The position numbers and the translations under genes were made by a program. Of a stretch of DNA of 64,000 nucleotides, positions 38,626 to 47,831 are shown piece after piece (the first letter of the stretch is position 1; each line of letters begins with the position of its first letter). Origin of the DNA: an uncultured Gemmatimonadales bacterium (GTDB lineage: Bacteria; Gemmatimonadota; Gemmatimonadetes; Gemmatimonadales; GWC2-71-9); the NCBI GenBank assembly GCA_963695555.1, contig CAVOGR010000001.1, positions 928,001-992,000 of the forward strand, given 5' to 3'. The notes under the pieces are model-generated. The model saw only the letters and a program-made list of their open reading frames with translations. It was not told the DNA's origin and searched no databases.

Positions 38626-39398
38626 GGCCGCCTCTGAAGCGGCACCCAGGCCTCGACCCGGGTGCCCCGGTCGCGAGCCGGCATGACAGAAACCTGCCCG
38701 TTCACCAGGCGCGCCCGTTCCTTCATGCTGGTGATGCCGAGCCCGCCGGCACCCCGCTCCCAGTCCTCCGGCAGACCCCGTCCCTGGTCTTCCACCACGA
38801 GCCGAATACCCCCGTCCTGTTCCGTCATGGACAGGGAAGCGCGGTTGACCTGGGCGTGTTGGGCCACGTTCCGCAATGCCTCCTGGGCGATGCGGTAGAG
38901 ACTGGTGGTGAGAGCCTTGGGGAGGACGGTGGTCTTGTGTTTCATGTCGATGTTCACGTCCAGCTGGACGCCATCGGTACCGGTCATGTCCTGCGCCAAG
39001 GCCTCGAGCGCGGCTTCGAGCCCGAGATGGTCGAGCACGGCCGGGTGCATCCGCTGGGCGATGTTCCGGATGTCGTCGGCCAGATCGGCGACTTCTTCGC
39101 GGAGTTGGCCCACCCATCGGGCATAGGCCTCACGGTTCGGCGGGGGTGCCGTCCGCTTGCCGTCCAGTTCGCCGAGCAGCACGGCCACCCGCTGGAGCAC
39201 GTCGTCGTGGATTTCGCGGGCCACGAGGGCGCGTTCCTCCTCTTGGGCGGCGAGGAGGCGGTCGCTGAAGGCACGGACCGACGCCATATGCCGTCGCTGC
39301 TGCAGCATGACGGCGATGACGAACGCTACGACGACGATCGTAACGGTGCCGGCGGCGGCGAGATAGACCCACCAAATCTCAGGTACGACCGTCCGCAC
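38622..39398 (-). CDS. HisKA_3 histidine kinase with a single N-terminal TM and no sensor domain
   Basis: GTG start (inferred) VRTVVPEIWWVYL...; QEEERALVAREIHDD H-box, QEALRNVAQHA, DQGRG, GLGITSMKERA. Confidence 0.85.
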   Translation of the reverse strand: MRTVVPEIWWVYLAAAGTVTIVVVAFVIAVMLQQRRHMASVRAFSDRLLAAQEEERALVAREIHDDVLQRVAVLLGELDGKRTAPPPNREAYARWVGQLREEVADLADDIRNIAQRMHPAVLDHLGLEAALEALAQDMTGTDGVQLDVNIDMKHKTTVLPKALTTSLYRIAQEALRNVAQHAQVNRASLSMTEQDGGIRLVVEDQGRGLPEDWERGAGGLGITSMKERARLVNGQVSVMPARDRGTRVEAWVPLQRRP

Positions 39399-40016
39399 AG
39401 AACCCCCAGGGTCAAGAGTGCGTATGCCAGGATATTGATGGCGGCCTTCACGTAGAACGTCGCCCGCAGAATACTCCATGGAGTTCGAGGCGAGGAGCAT
39501 GTCACTCACGGGATCCAGCACCACCCCGCTCCCGAAGTAGAGCAGCCACCCGATGCTGATCCAAAACCACGGGGCGGCCGCGGGGGTGCTGGACTTCCTG
39601 AGCCGGGTCACCAGGGTGTAGGCCGCGGCCACCAGGATGACGAGGGCCTGGAGCGGGGCGGTGAACCGGCTGAACTGCGACGAGATCCTCGACGCAACCC
39701 CGTCATGACGAGCCAGGCCACCACGTAGAGCCCCGCGGCGATGCGCATGGCATCCCGCGGGACGACTGCGGAGCTGCAGGTAGGAGAAGCTCCACAGGAT
39801 GAGCGCCGTGATCACCGGCAAGGCCGCGTGGATGATCCAGAGAGTCTGGCTGCCGCGCTTGCCGAGCCATGTCATGACCACGTCCAGCATGAACATGGTC
39901 AGCATGGTGACTGCGGTTAGCATAAGGGCGGCGGTACCGGCCGGCGGACGGCAAATATCGCCGCGAACGCGAGGAACTCGACGCCGAATGACCGCGTAGA
40001 TCAGTGCATCGCCCAC
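39326..40016 (-). CDS. Stand-alone polytopic (~7 TM) membrane protein carrying several indels
   Basis: Hydrophobic helices alternate between frames: GVEFLAFAAIFAV / TMFMLDVVMTWL / WIIHAALPVITALILWSF / MRIAAGLYVVAWLVMTGL / LQALVILVAAAYTLV / WFWISIGWLLYFGSG / FYVKAAINILAYALLTLGVLC...TAG 39326. Confidence 0.7.
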
Positions 40017-40026
40017 AACTCGAGCC

Positions 40027-40481
40027 CTACTGGCCCAGATTGCCCGAACGCCTGCTACAAAAGGGCGGGCACGGCCTGCCCTTCTCGGCTATGGTCCCGT
40101 CCTCGAGATCGTTGCCCTTGGCTATCGACACCAACCACCACCAACGCCGGTGATCCGTCCGGGTTCATCCCCTGATAGATCCTGAGGCCGGCGACACCCG
40201 ACTCGCTCAGCACTTGGTCGAGCACCGCGCGGTCGAAGTACCCGGCAATGACCGTCCCCGGCGGATTCGCATTCGCGGAAGGCCCGGGTGAGCTCCGCCG
40301 CCTCGGGAGCCGACATGGCATGGAGGGCAACGGCCTCGGCACTCGGCGGCGCCATGCCCGCTTGCTGCGCCGGCTGCTCGGCACGGCAGCCGGCGAATAT
40401 CACGGCCATGCCTGCTACGAGGCCAGGAATAGCGAGCTCGGTGGAGCACTCGCGGTGTCGTGTGGTGAGCAGGTTGAACAT
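40027..40481 (-). CDS. Small lipoprotein with C-terminal PCPPFC motif (two +1 indels)
   Basis: GGAGGTG SD plus ATG 40481; lipobox FAGC. Reconstructed: HAMSAPEAAELTRAFRNANPPGTVIAGYFDRAVLDQVLSESGVAGLRIYQG...LVVVGVDSQGNDLEDGTIAEKGRPCPPFCSRRSGNLGQ*. Confidence 0.78.
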
Positions 40482-40593
40482 TGGACACCTCCGCCGACGA
40501 AATGATGAACTCGTGCGGGTCTCGGTACTGTCGCGACCCAAACTGATGCACGATACCATTCTCAGGCTAATCGGGGAATACGATCGTTGGGCT

Positions 40594-40613
40594 GACTAGG
40601 GTTTTCCCTAGTC
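40594..40613. promoter_or_regulatory. Perfect 8-4-8 palindrome, candidate response-regulator operator
   Basis: GACTAGGG-TTTT-CCCTAGTC, about 110 bp upstream of ATG 40481. Confidence 0.6.
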
Positions 40614-40692
40614 CTGATTTCGCCCGTTTTCGGCGAAGTTGAGCCAAGGTGACGCGACTGCTGGAGGACGATCGAACTCCTGACACTACGAA

Positions 40693-40780
40693 CGGCGTGG
40701 GTGAGATTCGAACTCACGGTACCCGGTTAGGGTACGGCGGTTTTCAAGACCGCTGCATTCAACCACTCTGCCACCACGCC
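40693..40780 (-). tRNA. tRNA-Ser(TGA)
   Basis: GGCGTGG...GCGGT-CTTGAAA-ACCGC, long variable arm, AGTTCGAATCT. Confidence 0.95.
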
Positions 40781-40878
40781 CTGACGTGGAAGGTAGCGAG
40801 CGGCCCGGGGCGGATACAAGCGAATAACCGGTTGGCGGCCTTGTCCCTCCCCGTCATTCGGCCGTATCTTGCCGCGCC

Positions 40879-41802
40879 GTGAAGCCCGGCCTTCCTCGCT
40901 CCGTATGGTCTGCCATGATTCCGAGAGTGTCCCGAGTGATTGCGATGCTCGCGGGGCTTGGCAGCGTGGCCTGTGGTTCCAGCCCGGCCTCTGATGCCAT
41001 CCGAGCGGGACCCCTGCCCGTCGCGGTCAGCATCCTGCCCCAGAAGTACTTCGTGGATCGGATTGGCGGGCCGGCCGTCTCGGTGTCGGTGCTGATCGGT
41101 CCGGGTCAGAGTCCCGACACCTACGATCCGACGCCGCGCCAAATGGCCAGCCTTGCCGGCACCCAGATCTATTTCACGATGGGGTTGGAGTTCGAGGAGG
41201 CCTGGCTCGGCCGGATGCATGCGGCATATTCCGGCATGACCCTGGTCGACATGCGTCGAGGGATCGAGCTGTTGCCGTTGGATGAAGACTCGGATCCAGG
41301 CCATGAGGGTCGTCAGGATCCGCACGTGTGGATGAGTCCACGGCTGGTGGCCGTCATGGCTGGGACCATTCGGGACGCCCTGATCGAGGCGCTGCCCGAT
41401 CGCCGCGAGCTATTCGATCATAATTACCAGCGGTTCGTCCGCGACCTGAGCGCCGTCGATGGTGAGGTCCAAGGCCTCCTTCGTGACCTCCCGACCCGGA
41501 CGTTCATGGCGTTCCATCCGGCGTGGGCCTACTTCGCCGAGGAGTACGGACTGCACCAAGTCCCCATTGCGAGCCACGGGAAGGAGCCCGGCGCCCAAAC
41601 CCTGGCGCGCCTGATCCACCAGGCTCGAGTCGAGCATATCCGGGTGGTGCTAGTCCAAGCCCAATACAGCCAAGGCATGGCGAAGACCGTGGCACAGGCG
41701 GCGGGTGCCAGGGTGCTGATGCTCGATCCGCTGGCGGAGGATTATGTGAACAACGTGCGGCATGTGGCCGAGCGGCTGGCGGAGGCGTTGCGCGAATCAT
41801 GA
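40879..41802 (+). CDS. znuA: Zn/Mn ABC transporter substrate-binding lipoprotein (start may be later)
   Basis: SVAC lipobox, SPDTYDPTP, DPHVWMSP, FHPAWAYF, LDPL. Confidence 0.88.
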   Translation: MKPGLPRSVWSAMIPRVSRVIAMLAGLGSVACGSSPASDAIRAGPLPVAVSILPQKYFVDRIGGPAVSVSVLIGPGQSPDTYDPTPRQMASLAGTQIYFTMGLEFEEAWLGRMHAAYSGMTLVDMRRGIELLPLDEDSDPGHEGRQDPHVWMSPRLVAVMAGTIRDALIEALPDRRELFDHNYQRFVRDLSAVDGEVQGLLRDLPTRTFMAFHPAWAYFAEEYGLHQVPIASHGKEPGAQTLARLIHQARVEHIRVVLVQAQYSQGMAKTVAQAAGARVLMLDPLAEDYVNNVRHVAERLAEALRES

Positions 41803-42533
41803 GTGCCGCGATCGAGCTCGAGCGGGTGTCGTTCAGCTACGGCGGGCCCCTGGTTCTGGAAGACATCGATCTCACCGTCGAAGAGGGCGAGTTCCTTGGC
41901 CTGGTGGGTCCCAATGCCAGCGGCAAGAGCACGTTGCTCAAGGTCATGCTCGGTCTCTTCCGGCCCACCGCGGGCCGAGTGCGGGTGTTCGGCCGCGATC
42001 CGGTAGACGGGCGCCACGCCATCGGCTACGTGCCCCAGTTCGCGACGTTCCGGCGGGACTTCCCGATCCTGGTTCGAGACATGGTGCTCCTGGGGCGGCT
42101 CGGCGCCACGCGGGTGCTGGGCGGCTATCGAGCGGCAGATCACGCCGCCGCCGAGCTCGCCATGCGTGAGGCCCAGGTCTGGGACGTCCGAGCCAACCCG
42201 ATCGGGATGCTCTCGGGCGGTCAGCTGCAGCGGGCGCTGGTGGCGCGGGCTCTGGTCTCGAATCCCAAGATCCTCATTCTCGATGAACCGACCTCGAACA
42301 TCGATGTGTTGGCGGAGGCCGACATTTTCACATTATTCCGGACGCTCAATGAGCGCATGACGATCGTTGTGGTGTCTCATGACGTCGGGTTCATCACCCA
42401 GTACGTGCATCGCGTGGCCTGCTTGAACCGGACCTTGGTGTGCCACCCCACCGGCGCCATCACCGGCGAGGTCATCGCCCAGTTGTACGGCACGCCGGTG
42501 CGGCTCATCGACCACGGCCATGACCACTCATAG
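41799..42533 (+). CDS. znuC: Zn/Mn ABC transporter ATPase
   Basis: GPNASGKST, GYVPQ, LSGGQLQR, LDEPT, SHD, His-rich tail. Confidence 0.92.
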   Translation: MSAAIELERVSFSYGGPLVLEDIDLTVEEGEFLGLVGPNASGKSTLLKVMLGLFRPTAGRVRVFGRDPVDGRHAIGYVPQFATFRRDFPILVRDMVLLGRLGATRVLGGYRAADHAAAELAMREAQVWDVRANPIGMLSGGQLQRALVARALVSNPKILILDEPTSNIDVLAEADIFTLFRTLNERMTIVVVSHDVGFITQYVHRVACLNRTLVCHPTGAITGEVIAQLYGTPVRLIDHGHDHS

Positions 42534-42542
42534 GATGCTGTG

Positions 42543-43397
42543 ATGGGCGAGTTCTTCCGAACGCTTGCCACCGAGCAGTTCCTCCAGCACGCCTTGGCGG
42601 CGGGAATCCTCGCGAGCATCGGCTGCGGGGTCATGGGCTCCTACGTGGTGGTCAAGCGTATCGGCTACTTGGCGGGGGGTATCGCCCACGCCGTGCTGGG
42701 CGGGATGGGGATCGCGTACTTTTTTGGCCAGGACCCGATCCTCGGCGCACTGATCGCCGCGCTCGCGGCAGCCCTCATCGTGGGGTGGGTCAGCCGCCAC
42801 GGAACCGAGCATGTCGACACACTGATCGGTGCCCTGTGGGCCGTCGGCATGGCGATCGGGATTCTCTTCATTTCGCAGACCCCGGGCTACAACGTCGACC
42901 TGTTGAGCTACCTGTTTGGCAACATCTTGATGGTGGCTCCGAAAGGCCTGCTGTTCATTGCGATTCTCGACCTGATCATCGTGGTCTTGGTCTTGTTGCT
43001 CTACCGGCAATTCCTGGCCGTCGCGTTCGACGAGGAATTTGCCCTGCTCCGCGGCGTCTCCGTCGAGTTCGTCGATCTGCTACTCCTCTCCCTGGTGGCC
43101 CTCACGGTCGTCACGCTGATTCGGGTGGTCGGGCTGATCTTGGTGATCGCCCTGCTCACGCTCCCAGCGGCCATTGCCGGGCAATACGTCCGTTCCCTGG
43201 GACGCATGATGCTGCTGGCCATCGTTCTGGGGATGGGGTTTACGGTCGGCGGGCTGGCGCTGTCATTCCGCCCCGACCTCCCGGCAGGCGCTTCCATTAT
43301 TGTGGTGGCCGGGGTCGCGTACCTGGTGTCGACCGGGCTCCAGGCCGCCCTCAGGTGGCGGAAGATGCGCGGCTTACGAGGGCGACACTCCGCCTAG
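42543..43397 (+). CDS. znuB: Zn/Mn ABC transporter permease
   Basis: GIAHAVLGG, YLFGNIL, FDEEFA, VGLILVIALL. Confidence 0.92.
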   Translation: MGEFFRTLATEQFLQHALAAGILASIGCGVMGSYVVVKRIGYLAGGIAHAVLGGMGIAYFFGQDPILGALIAALAAALIVGWVSRHGTEHVDTLIGALWAVGMAIGILFISQTPGYNVDLLSYLFGNILMVAPKGLLFIAILDLIIVVLVLLLYRQFLAVAFDEEFALLRGVSVEFVDLLLLSLVALTVVTLIRVVGLILVIALLTLPAAIAGQYVRSLGRMMLLAIVLGMGFTVGGLALSFRPDLPAGASIIVVAGVAYLVSTGLQAALRWRKMRGLRGRHSA

Positions 43398-43422
43398 GCA
43401 CGCCGCGCTCCCCAGACCGACC

Positions 43423-44415
43423 TCAATGGCTCATCCGGTAGGTCAAGTACAGTCCCACCAGATACGTGATCAAGATGAACGCGGGTCCGGGCTCGATGAT
43501 CCACCAGCGTCGCTCGGACTTGTTGAGGATGTCGAGGATGGCGATCCCCATCATCAAGACCCCTACCAGCGCGCCGATGACGAGGGCCGGGTGGACCTGG
43601 GCCAGCAGCGATTCCGAGCCGTTCAGAATGTCCAATGGGAAGAGCACGGCGATGTTGAAGCAGTTGCTGCCAAGCAGCGTCCCGACGGCCAAGTTGTAGG
43701 CACCGGCCCGAATGCACGCCAGGGTCACCGCGGCCTCCGGCAGGGAGGTGGTGAATGCCAGGAGGATCATCCCGACGAAGCCCTGGGTCAGGTTCCATTG
43801 CTCCGCGAGATCTGCCGCGGAGGACGCCACGTACCGGGCGGCCAAGAGAATGACCAGCGAGGCGACGCCGAAGCCGATTACCGCGGACCCGATGGTGCGG
43901 GGCGGGGCTTTTCCGGTCGCCACTTCCTCCGGGGTGCGAAAGGGCGGACCCTCTCGATTTCGGTGCAGGAGCCGCATGCCCGCGACGTACGTGAGGCCGA
44001 TCACCAAGGAGGCCCATCCGAGGCCGACGAAGGTGGGGGTCGAGTGCGTGACGATCCCCATCGCGGCCATCACCGTGAGACAGATCGCCAACACGCCGAC
44101 CAGCGCCTGGTTGACGGCGACTCGGGTCAGGATGTGGCCCTGACGGTGCAGGAGGTCGGCAACGGCGAGGATGGCCATGTTCGCCATGCTCGAGCCGAAG
44201 AGATCTCCGACTGCGAGTCCGGGAGAGCCTTGCAGGACCGCATGTCCATCGGTAGCCAGCTCCGGGAGCGATGTCACGGCCGCCACCAGGATCGCGCCGA
44301 CCCAGGCCCCGCCGAGTCCGGTGACCTCGGCGATGGTATCACCGTCGCGAGCTAACCGTGAGCCGGCGGCGGCCACGGTGGCAGCGCTGATCAGGAACAC
44401 CAACCAAGCGGGCAT
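43423..44415 (-). CDS. Na+/Ca2+ (CaCA/YrbG-family) antiporter
   Basis: Two alpha-repeats: TSLPEL/GDLFGSS and TSLPEA/GTLLGSN. Confidence 0.9.
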   Translation of the reverse strand: MPAWLVFLISAATVAAAGSRLARDGDTIAEVTGLGGAWVGAILVAAVTSLPELATDGHAVLQGSPGLAVGDLFGSSMANMAILAVADLLHRQGHILTRVAVNQALVGVLAICLTVMAAMGIVTHSTPTFVGLGWASLVIGLTYVAGMRLLHRNREGPPFRTPEEVATGKAPPRTIGSAVIGFGVASLVILLAARYVASSAADLAEQWNLTQGFVGMILLAFTTSLPEAAVTLACIRAGAYNLAVGTLLGSNCFNIAVLFPLDILNGSESLLAQVHPALVIGALVGVLMMGIAILDILNKSERRWWIIEPGPAFILITYLVGLYLTYRMSH

Positions 44416-44729
44416 ATCAGTTCCGATTCAGGTCCTCGGGGGTCACCGGCCGACGCGCGAAGAAATGTCGCCGCGTAGCATAGCTCACAGGCGGCCGGTG
44501 GGGCAGGGCTTTGCGGTGGACGCCCCACGTCGCCCCCCGGGCCACGGGCTGCCCGAGGTTGAGACTAGGGAAAGCCCGGTGAAATCCTGGTGAAGCGTGC
44601 CTGAAGGTGTGACCCAGGATTGCCCAGTCTGAATGAGTCTTTAGGTTGGGTTCAGGACAGCTTTAGAGCCCACAGGCGATCTTGTAGGAGGTTCGAGCAA
44701 CTCGGTTCCACCTCAGCGAGGAGGGACTC

Positions 44730-45011
44730 ATGGTGGCGAAATCGGCGTCCAAGACCAAGCGGAGCCATCTCACGAAGTCGGCCGAGGTTGCGGGAGCCAG
44801 CCACGAGGAGCTGGTGCAATCGCTCGTCGCATCGCTCGAGAACAGCTTCTCCCCCGCAAAGCACGAGCACGCGCTGGAGTGGGCCATGCGCCTCTTTCGG
44901 GACTTAGATGAACCCACCCTCCGTGGGCTCGTCTACCGCTACGGCCTATTTGAAGAGCCCATGAAGGTAGAGGACGAACGACCGGCTTCTCGGGATACGA
45001 TCGAGGAGTGA
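44730..45011 (+). CDS. Small hypothetical protein
   Basis: GAGGAGG SD then ATG; 93 aa. Confidence 0.65.
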   Translation: MVAKSASKTKRSHLTKSAEVAGASHEELVQSLVASLENSFSPAKHEHALEWAMRLFRDLDEPTLRGLVYRYGLFEEPMKVEDERPASRDTIEE

Positions 45012-45118
45012 CGTCCGACCCTGCCCGAGTGCGTGGAGGCAGGAGGCCGCGCGAGGTCGGTGTTGGAGACCCTGGACATAGCCCGATTGCGATCGAGAAT
45101 CACTGAGCCCGGGTCCCC

Positions 45119-45688
45119 TTACTCGTAGCCGGCAGCGTTCTCCCGGCCTGCCGGCATCCGGACCAACGTCACGGTGCTGGCCTGTGGTCCTTCATCGCCT
45201 TCCTCCTCGACGAAACGCACCTCCGCGCCCTCGGCGAGCTTCTCGAAGTTCCCGTTGAGCACGCTGTTGCGGTGGAAGTAGATCTCACGACCCAAATCAT
45301 CCTGGAGAAACCCGTAACCTTCATAGGGGAACAGCGTCAGGACCCGCGCTCGGTTGGGTGGCGGAGGGGCCTTCACCAAGCCCCGCCGGCGCCGGGTGTA
45401 GTCCTGCACCTGCCGCTTGGCCACATCGAACGCGTCCTGGAGGGCTGTTCTGAGGTCGGCCTGCGGCTGTCGCTTCACCACCAGCTCGCGCCCCGGCAAG
45501 GTCAAGTCGATACGCACGAGATACTGGATGCCCTCATTGCCGCGCCGGTGTGGTGTCTCAACCATGACACGGCAACTCATGATCCGATCCGCCATACTGT
45601 CGAGCTTCATTGCTTCGCTTCGGATTGCCTCTTCTTCGGAAATGGAGAGGCTGATGTTGCGAGTCGCGACTTGCAGCGGAAGCTCCAT
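45119..45688 (-). CDS. HPF/RaiA ribosome-hibernation domain fused to a cold-shock domain
   Basis: IMSCRVMVE...VRIDLTLPG...ALQDAFD; GYGFL...EIYFHRNSV...GPQAS. Confidence 0.9.
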   Translation of the reverse strand: MELPLQVATRNISLSISEEEAIRSEAMKLDSMADRIMSCRVMVETPHRRGNEGIQYLVRIDLTLPGRELVVKRQPQADLRTALQDAFDVAKRQVQDYTRRRRGLVKAPPPPNRARVLTLFPYEGYGFLQDDLGREIYFHRNSVLNGNFEKLAEGAEVRFVEEEGDEGPQASTVTLVRMPAGRENAAGYE

Positions 45689-45738
45689 CTGTCACTCCTT
45701 CGCTCGATGTCGTCAGAATAGGTTCGTTACAGCAAGCC

Positions 45739-47166
45739 TCACCCCTTGATCACGCCCAGTGGCGTAAGCCTGGCCACCTTCCGAGCTAGGCCAGCCCGGT
45801 GGACCACATCGACCACCCGATCCACATCCTTGTATGCCAAGGGCGCCTCCTCGGCGAGCCCGCTCTTTGAGGCACAACGGACGACGATGCCGCGGGATTC
45901 AAGCTCACGGCGGACTTGGGCCCCTGTAACCGTGCGCTTGGCCGCCCCCCTGCTCATCGCACGGCCGGCGCCATGGCAGCAGCTGCCGAAACTGCGTTCG
46001 CCGGAGGTATCGGCACCGGCAAGGACGTAGGAGGCCGTCCCCATGCTGCCTGGAATAAAGACCGGCTGCCCGTGGGCCCGATACCGGTCCGGCGTCTCGG
46101 GAGAGGCCGGCCCGAATGCGCGCGTCGCTCCCTTCCGATGCACACACAGCTCCTCGCCGTCGTAGACCTCGAGCTTGGCGATATTGTGGGCCACATCGTA
46201 GACGAGGCGGGGGCGGTGCGCCTCGCCAAACACCCGGGCAAAGACCTCGCGGACGTAATGGGTAATCACTTGCCGGTTGACCCAGGCAAAGTTGGCGGCG
46301 GCGCACATCGCCCCGAAATAGCGCGCGCCCTCCGGCGAGTCGAGCGGGGCCGACGCCAGCTGCCGGTCGGGAAGGTGGATGCCATAGCGCTCCATCACTT
46401 GGTCCATTAACCGGACGTGGTCCGTGCAGACCTGGTGGCCCAACCCTCGCGAGCCGGTATGAATCAGTACGGTGAGCCGTCCATCAGTCAGGCCGTATGC
46501 CTCGGCGGCCGCGTCGTCGAATACCTGGTCCACCTGCTGTACTTCCACGAAGTGGTTGCCCGACCCGATCGTCCCGAGTTGATCGTGCCCGCGCGTCTTT
46601 GCCTTGGCGGAGACCGCGTCCGAATCAGCGGCCGCGAGGCAGCCTGTCGCTTCGGTGACGGCCAGGTCGTCTGGCGTGGCCAGCTCTCGCTCGACCAGAT
46701 AGCGGCAGCCCTCCGTCAGCACCCGGTCCAGCTCATCCGGGCCAAGTGAGAAGCGGGGATTTCGCCCCGGGCCCGACGGGATGCTCCGGCTCAGTTGGTG
46801 AACGACGGTCTCCAGGCGCCCGCCGGCACTCTCGGCGGTGAGTTCCGTGGCGAGGAGCCGGACGCCGCAATTGATGTCATAGCCCACCCCGCCGGGAGAG
46901 ATGACGCCATCGCGTACTCGGGTGGCCGCGACCCCGCCGACGGGGAAACCATAGCCCTGGTGGACATCCGGCATGGCGTAGACATAGCCCGTGACGCCCG
47001 GCAACGTGGCGACGTTCACCAACTGCTCGATCGATTGGTCCTTGGAAATTTGATCCCACAGCGCGGAGTCGGCATAAATCCGGGCCGGGACCCGCATGTC
47101 CGCTCGTGCTGTCCGCGGGATTTCGAACATCCACCCGCTTTGTCGTACTGCCTGGTAGTCAGGCAT
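45739..47166 (-). CDS. rtcB: RNA 2',3'-cyclic-phosphate ligase RtcB (archaeal/eukaryote-like)
   Basis: MPDVHQGYGFPVGG, GYDINCG, GSGNHF, HTGSRG, HRKGAT, HGAGR, EEAPLAYK. Confidence 0.97.
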   Translation of the reverse strand: MPDYQAVRQSGWMFEIPRTARADMRVPARIYADSALWDQISKDQSIEQLVNVATLPGVTGYVYAMPDVHQGYGFPVGGVAATRVRDGVISPGGVGYDINCGVRLLATELTAESAGGRLETVVHQLSRSIPSGPGRNPRFSLGPDELDRVLTEGCRYLVERELATPDDLAVTEATGCLAAADSDAVSAKAKTRGHDQLGTIGSGNHFVEVQQVDQVFDDAAAEAYGLTDGRLTVLIHTGSRGLGHQVCTDHVRLMDQVMERYGIHLPDRQLASAPLDSPEGARYFGAMCAAANFAWVNRQVITHYVREVFARVFGEAHRPRLVYDVAHNIAKLEVYDGEELCVHRKGATRAFGPASPETPDRYRAHGQPVFIPGSMGTASYVLAGADTSGERSFGSCCHGAGRAMSRGAAKRTVTGAQVRRELESRGIVVRCASKSGLAEEAPLAYKDVDRVVDVVHRAGLARKVARLTPLGVIKG

Positions 47167-47177
47167 AGCGAATCATT

Positions 47178-47630
47178 TCATACGTCCAGGAGAAGATGGG
47201 CCTCGAGGGCGCCGTCCGTCTCCTCGAGCCTTGCTCCGTGATGCGTGGCTGCTTTCACCAGACTCGGTGACGTGCCGAGTGCTCTACCCCGCAAGCGAGC
47301 AAGGAGATAGGTGTGGGTGGCCTCGATCACATCGAACTCGAGCGGCATCCACTGCTCAGATTCGGCCAGGTAAATCAACTCATTGAGCCAGTCGACCAGC
47401 AGGGCCACGGCATCCGGAGAGCACACTTCGATCTCGCGCCAGGGCCCAGTCGCTTCCGGAAGCGGCTCACCCAGGGTGAGGCTGGCCAGCGCGCGCCCTG
47501 CTTCTCCGGCCACGTCGGCCAAGGAACCACCGTAGACCAACAGGTGGGCTTCGGAAGGGTGATCAACGAATCGGTGCCTCGGCGCGGCACGGTGTGGAGC
47601 GGGGACGGGTTGCTGTGAGGCTTCTGACAT
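47178..47630 (-). CDS. Archease (start uncertain)
   Basis: FVDHPSE, LLVDWLNELIY, VKAATHHG, terminal LLDV. Confidence 0.92.
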   Translation of the reverse strand: MSEASQQPVPAPHRAAPRHRFVDHPSEAHLLVYGGSLADVAGEAGRALASLTLGEPLPEATGPWREIEVCSPDAVALLVDWLNELIYLAESEQWMPLEFDVIEATHTYLLARLRGRALGTSPSLVKAATHHGARLEETDGALEAHLLLDV

Positions 47631-47831
47631 GACCTCGTCGTCGAGCAGGACCACGGGTGGAGCAGGGACCCACGCACCTCGACCTCAAGATACGCCGGTC
47701 GAATCACGGTAACGAGGTGCAGACACTGCGGCCGTATCTGGAAGATGGGGATCGGCGATGGAAGCAGGCTTGATCCAACAATGAAAGTTGCTTCAAGGTG
47801 GGCGGCAAGGGTCGCCCAGACCTCATGGGTT

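Noticed and set aside
38622..40016. 464-aa multi-TM histidine kinase as given in the ORF track
   Set aside because: The frame contains non-protein-like stretches where TM helices sit in another frame, and the membrane protein has its own stop at 39326; it is better explained as two genes joined by indels.
36920..40692. Integrative element between the two tRNA-Ser genes
   Set aside because: No integrase or transposase and no duplicated tRNA 3' end (att site) found by eye; at most an old islet.
40693..40780. tRNA-Sec, given selA nearby
   Set aside because: The anticodon is TGA (reads UCA, Ser) rather than TCA, and the acceptor stem is a normal 7 bp.
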